A stretch of 63,902 nt of DNA, the filler included, from an uncultured Methanosarcinales archaeon (GTDB lineage Archaea > Nanobdellota > Nanobdellia > Woesearchaeales > CAZOXR01), in assembly GCA_964566535.1 (NCBI GenBank). It is 5 parts of 5 records of this genome, joined end to end, with 100 filler letters (N's around TTAATTAATTAA, not from the genome) between each part and the next. Parts side by side here need not be neighbours in the genome. Positions count along the whole stretch, not along the records: positions 56,058 to 61,916 come from CAZMIO010000022.1; positions 62,017 to 63,902 come from CAZMIO010000030.1; 3 more parts are not named here. One strand, written 5' to 3'. The position numbers were made by a program, and so were the translations under genes. Positions 60,017-63,902 of this stretch are shown here, in pieces. Numbering within the stretch: position 1 is the stretch's first letter; each line of letters starts with the position of its first letter. The notes below the pieces were generated by a model, which searched no databases, was not told the origin of the DNA, and worked only from the letters and a program-made list of their open reading frames with translations.

Positions 60017-60783
60017 AGAATGTTTTAGTTGTTGGTTTTGGAGAGATTGGAAAGTCTATGTTTAATGTGATAGATGGGTCTGGAAAATATAAAATATTTA
60101 AGAAGGATGTTGAGGAGCTTGATATTGAAGGGCCCATTGATGTAATGCATGTTTGCATACCTTTCTCTGAAAAGTTTGCAGGTATTGTTGAAGAGTATAT
60201 TGGAAAGTATAGTCCTAAACTAACTATTGTAAATTCAACTGTTAAGCCTGGCACTACTGAAGATATTTTTAAGAAAACTGGTGTTTTGATTGTTCATTCC
60301 CCGGTTAGGGGGAGACATCCTGATCTTGAGGGAGGTATCAAAAGGTTTGTTAAGTTTATTGGACCCGTTAATGAAGAAGCAGGGGGGCTTGCTAAGGAGC
60401 ATTTTGAAGAGATGGGTGTAAAGTCTGAAGTTATGAGTTCGTCTGTTCAAACTGAATTAGGAAAAATTCTCTCAACTACATTCTATGCCGTAAATATTGC
60501 TTTTCACCAGGATATGGACCGGATGTGTGATAAGTATGGTGCAAACTTTAAGGAGGCTGTTACAAGATTTAATGAGACTTGTACAATGGATATTGAGCAT
60601 AAAGTTCCAAGGCCGATTATGTATCCAGGATTTATTGGAGGGCATTGTTTGATTCCAAATATCCACATACTGAAAGAAGATATTGAGTCTGATTTTTTAG
60701 AGGCTGTTCTAAAGTCTAATGAGCTAACTAAGGAAAAAGAAAACGAAAAAGAAGTTGAGAGAGAAAAGGTAAGTTTGAGTTGA
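60013..60783 (+). CDS. Short nucleotide-sugar dehydrogenase-like protein
   Basis: GFGEIG, STVKPGT, GFIGGHC. Confidence 0.75.
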   Translation: MKNVLVVGFGEIGKSMFNVIDGSGKYKIFKKDVEELDIEGPIDVMHVCIPFSEKFAGIVEEYIGKYSPKLTIVNSTVKPGTTEDIFKKTGVLIVHSPVRGRHPDLEGGIKRFVKFIGPVNEEAGGLAKEHFEEMGVKSEVMSSSVQTELGKILSTTFYAVNIAFHQDMDRMCDKYGANFKEAVTRFNETCTMDIEHKVPRPIMYPGFIGGHCLIPNIHILKEDIESDFLEAVLKSNELTKEKENEKEVEREKVSLS

Positions 60784-61739
60784 AGAGCGAGATAGGAATG
60801 ATAAAGGATGAAAAGATATTTATCACTGGTGGGCTTGGGTTTATAGGCAGTCATCTTATTGAGAGGCTTGTTAATGACAATAAGATAACTGTGTTTGATA
60901 ACGGGCATAGGAATGCCCTACAAGCTCTAGGGATTAAGAGTGATAATCTAGAGATAGTGGAAGGAGATATTCTGAACAAAGGAGAGATAAGGGATGCTCT
61001 TAAAGATCATACAATAATAATTCATTTGGCTGCTATTGCTGGTGTTGATACTGTAATAAAAAACCCAGTAAAAACTTTTAATGTTAATTTTTTTGGAGCT
61101 AATAATATTCTTGAGTGTGCTAAAGACTCATCTGTAAAAAAAATAATCAACTTTTCTACTAGCGAAGTTTATGGGTCTGAAGCTGAGAATGTTAATGAAG
61201 AGATGCCTACAATCCAAGGACCAATATCTGAACCTAGATGGAATTATGCATTAAGTAAATTAGCTAGTGAGTACCTTATGAAAGCTTATAATGTTGAATT
61301 TGGTGTGCCAACCTGTTCTATTAGGGCATTTAATATATATGGGCCAAGGCAGGTTGGGGAAGGAGGAGTACACAATTTTATCACTAGGGCTATTAACAAT
61401 GAAGACCTTGTTATTCATAATGATGGCGAACAAGTTAGAGCATGGTGTTATGTGGAAGATATGGTTAATGCGATTGAGTTGATGTTAGGGAGGGATGATC
61501 TAAGCGGTCATGTTTTTAACATAGGGAATCCTGAGTCAATTAAGAATATTGAATTAGCAAAGAAGATTATTGATACAGCTGGGAGTGAATCTAAAATTAG
61601 ATTTAAAGAGATAGATTATCCAGATGTTATGGTGAGAGTACCTAATGTTGAGAAGGCTAAGAAAATGATTGGGTTTGAGCCTAAAGTCAATCTAGACGAA
61701 GGTATTAAGAGAACCATTGAATGGTATAAGCAACTTTGA
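60780..61739 (+). CDS. NAD-dependent epimerase/dehydratase
   Basis: GGLGFIG, STSEVYG, YALSK, NIYGP. Confidence 0.92.
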   Translation: MKSEIGMIKDEKIFITGGLGFIGSHLIERLVNDNKITVFDNGHRNALQALGIKSDNLEIVEGDILNKGEIRDALKDHTIIIHLAAIAGVDTVIKNPVKTFNVNFFGANNILECAKDSSVKKIINFSTSEVYGSEAENVNEEMPTIQGPISEPRWNYALSKLASEYLMKAYNVEFGVPTCSIRAFNIYGPRQVGEGGVHNFITRAINNEDLVIHNDGEQVRAWCYVEDMVNAIELMLGRDDLSGHVFNIGNPESIKNIELAKKIIDTAGSESKIRFKEIDYPDVMVRVPNVEKAKKMIGFEPKVNLDEGIKRTIEWYKQL

Positions 61740-61749
61740 TTATCTTAAA

Positions 61750-61916
61750 ATGGAAGGAGATATAAAAGATAAGAGTAGTGTTTGTCTCTGTGGACATAGC
61801 AACATTGGAGAAATCTCCACAATAGAAAAGGGGAACTGCAAGTTTAAAGTAGTTGAGTGTAAAAATTGTGGATTAAAGCGAACTTTGAATAGAGTGACCC
61901 CACATGTATTCTATAG
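61750..61916 (+). CDS. 5' part of a gene with a Zn-binding N-terminus
   Basis: CLCG..CKNCG; truncated by the contig edge. Confidence 0.5.
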
Positions 61917-62016
61917 NNNNNNNNNNNNNNNNNNNNNNNNNNNNNNNNNNNNNNNNNNNNTTAATTAATTAANNNNNNNNNNNNNNNNNNNNNNNNNNNN
62001 NNNNNNNNNNNNNNNN
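61917..62016. other. Artificial contig linker
   Basis: N-run, TTAATTAATTAA, N-run. Confidence 0.97.
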
Positions 62017-63902
62017 CCTTTGAGGCCTGCCTGGTATTGTTGACTTATTTCTGATGGTGATAAAGCTCTGTCGTAGATTTTTACTTCGTCTATTTTACCA
62101 TCATAATTTACAGTTCCCACATTAGCAGAACCAATGTAAGTTGTATCAGATAGAGAAACAAAGACATTCCCATTGCTTGCTGAACCTTTAAGAACTCCGT
62201 CAATATATAAAGCTATTTCATCATCACTTCCTGCGCCATCTCCTTCCCAGGTAAAGACAACATGGTACCAACGGCCTGCCCCTTCTATAGGTGTAATCAG
62301 GTTGTATGCTACATCACTACGTTCCATCCATACATCAACATTTGCACCATTTATACGCATATTGATATTTTCGTTTATATTAGCTTTATTTGTAAAAAAC
62401 CACATATTATCAGTTGAGTCTGGTTTAATCCAAAGGGATACTGTTCCTGCAGTTGTACTCATGCCAGTAATAGAGGTTGAAATATAATCATCACTCCCAT
62501 CAAAACTCATAGCACCCAAACCCATAACACTATCATCTGTAAATGTAGCTCCACTCGCTGTTCCATCATTGCTAAAACCGCTATAATCATTTGTTGAACC
62601 GTCAAAAGGCATAAACAAAACAACACCATTATCATCAGGCTTTCCAGTTGTTGCATTTAATTCTGTCCCTTTCCACCAATCTACTGCAGTAAATAAGATG
62701 TCACCATCACTATCAGAACTTGAATTTACTGAAACTGCCAAAGGATTTTGTGTTGTTATATTGCCTGCACCCAAGCTTCTTGAATACATTGTTGCTATTT
62801 CATCTGGTCTTAAGGCTTTGTTCCATATTTTAAATTCGTCTATTGTGCCGTTGAAGTTGGTGATTAAACCACTAATATAAGCATTATCCAGAATTGTCAA
62901 TTCTCCTGTAATATTAACTGTGCTTGCCACCTTGCTTCCGTCAGCATACAAGTCCGCACGATTCTGAGCATAAGTTCCAGAAACATGATGCCATTCATCA
63001 GCGTTCCATGATGATACATCATAATTTACTGTCGAATTTCCTACATCAAAGATTAAATTATCATCCTCTTTGTATAATTCTATGCTTCCATTATAGAGGG
63101 CTATCACCTCTGTAGCTGACAGCTCCCTATTGTAGATGCGCACATCGTCTATCTTGGCATCGCAGTAACCCGCACCGTGGGGGTGTCTACCAATTTCAAC
63201 ACTCGCACTAGTAGGCTCCATGTAAAGATAAGTGCCACGAGCTCCAGAACCGCCTGCGCCTCCATTAGCATAGATTGTCATCCCATCGTCTGCTCCAGAA
63301 CCTCCACGACCGTCATAGGTGCCAACAACATGAGTCCAGACTCCAGCAGGGGCAGCGCTGCTGAACAGCCTGTATGCAAAGTTATTTCCAGCCTCACTCT
63401 CGTCATACAGCCAAAGTATAACCTGTCCTGCACTATATCTATTAACTTCAAAAAACCACTCCATTGAATTAGGATGGTTGGATTTGCTTACAATCTCACA
63501 CACAGTAGCGCCATCATCAGGGTTTATCCAAGCAGAAACACTGAAAGGCTTGTCACTTGTAGTTTCTCCAAACTCAAATATGCTCTTATCTCCGATTGTT
63601 ATTCCGTCCGAATTTCCTGCTATAAAATCATATGCCATGTTACTCTGCCCTTTCCTGTCTGTTGTAAGATCAGCTCCAGAATTTGCGCCATGATTATCAT
63701 TTCCAGACTTGTCCTTAGCATCTCCATTAAAATCCCACCATCCAATCAATCCATCATCAGGAGCAGTGGAGAATATAGTGTAATCATCGCCATCATTATT
63801 TATTTTCATATTAATCCATGCAGATACTGTTCCTATACTGTTTGAGAAAGAAGTTGTGGTAACATTAACATAACTGTTATTCACATCAAACTCCATCCCC
63901 CA
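62017..63902 (-). CDS. Multi-LamG (concanavalin-like) surface protein, internal fragment
   Basis: Repeated SAWI..WxHVVGTY..IDEVKIY.RAL. Confidence 0.88.

Noticed and set aside
20738..62016. Repeated TTAATTAATTAA in N-runs, and gene adjacency or skew changes across them
   Set aside because: These are artificial six-frame-stop linkers; order and orientation across them are not biological

Overview
AT-rich archaeal sequence: it has PCNA, archaeal-type DnaG, a RIO kinase, archaeal RNase P RNA, a BHB-intron tRNA and TATA promoters. A DPANN/Woesearchaeota-like source is my inference. The window is five contigs joined by artificial N-TTAATTAATTAA-N linkers (20738, 52588, 55958, 61917), with one further 100-N gap inside dnaG. 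Contig 1 is housekeeping: pcn, rnj, a triple-intron tRNA-Leu(CAA), amrS, scpB, gyrA, rnpB, dnaG, rio1. Contig 2 has hydG/hydE, metY-metX-metW and a ~25 kb thiol-redox/metal/O2-defence island. Contigs 3-5 hold PLD, PfkB, YggS, glycan biosynthesis genes and a LamG surface protein. Three observations stand out. (1) A dispersed double-hairpin element (TGTCA-arm-TGAGCATGCTCA-arm-TGACA, five copies) with covarying arms; precise removal of two copies restores in-frame gene ends. (2) An antisense LAGLIDADG-type gene that appears to have entered a permease gene while supplying a synonymously recoded replacement 3' end. (3) A co-oriented cluster of membrane-anchored proteins ending in LPxMVGGC or GGSCGG (SoxY-like), with three CcdA proteins, a rhodanese and an HMA protein, opposite a Cache-TM-DUF835-like-HTH one-component sensor. 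All family assignments come from motif recognition; no searches were run.
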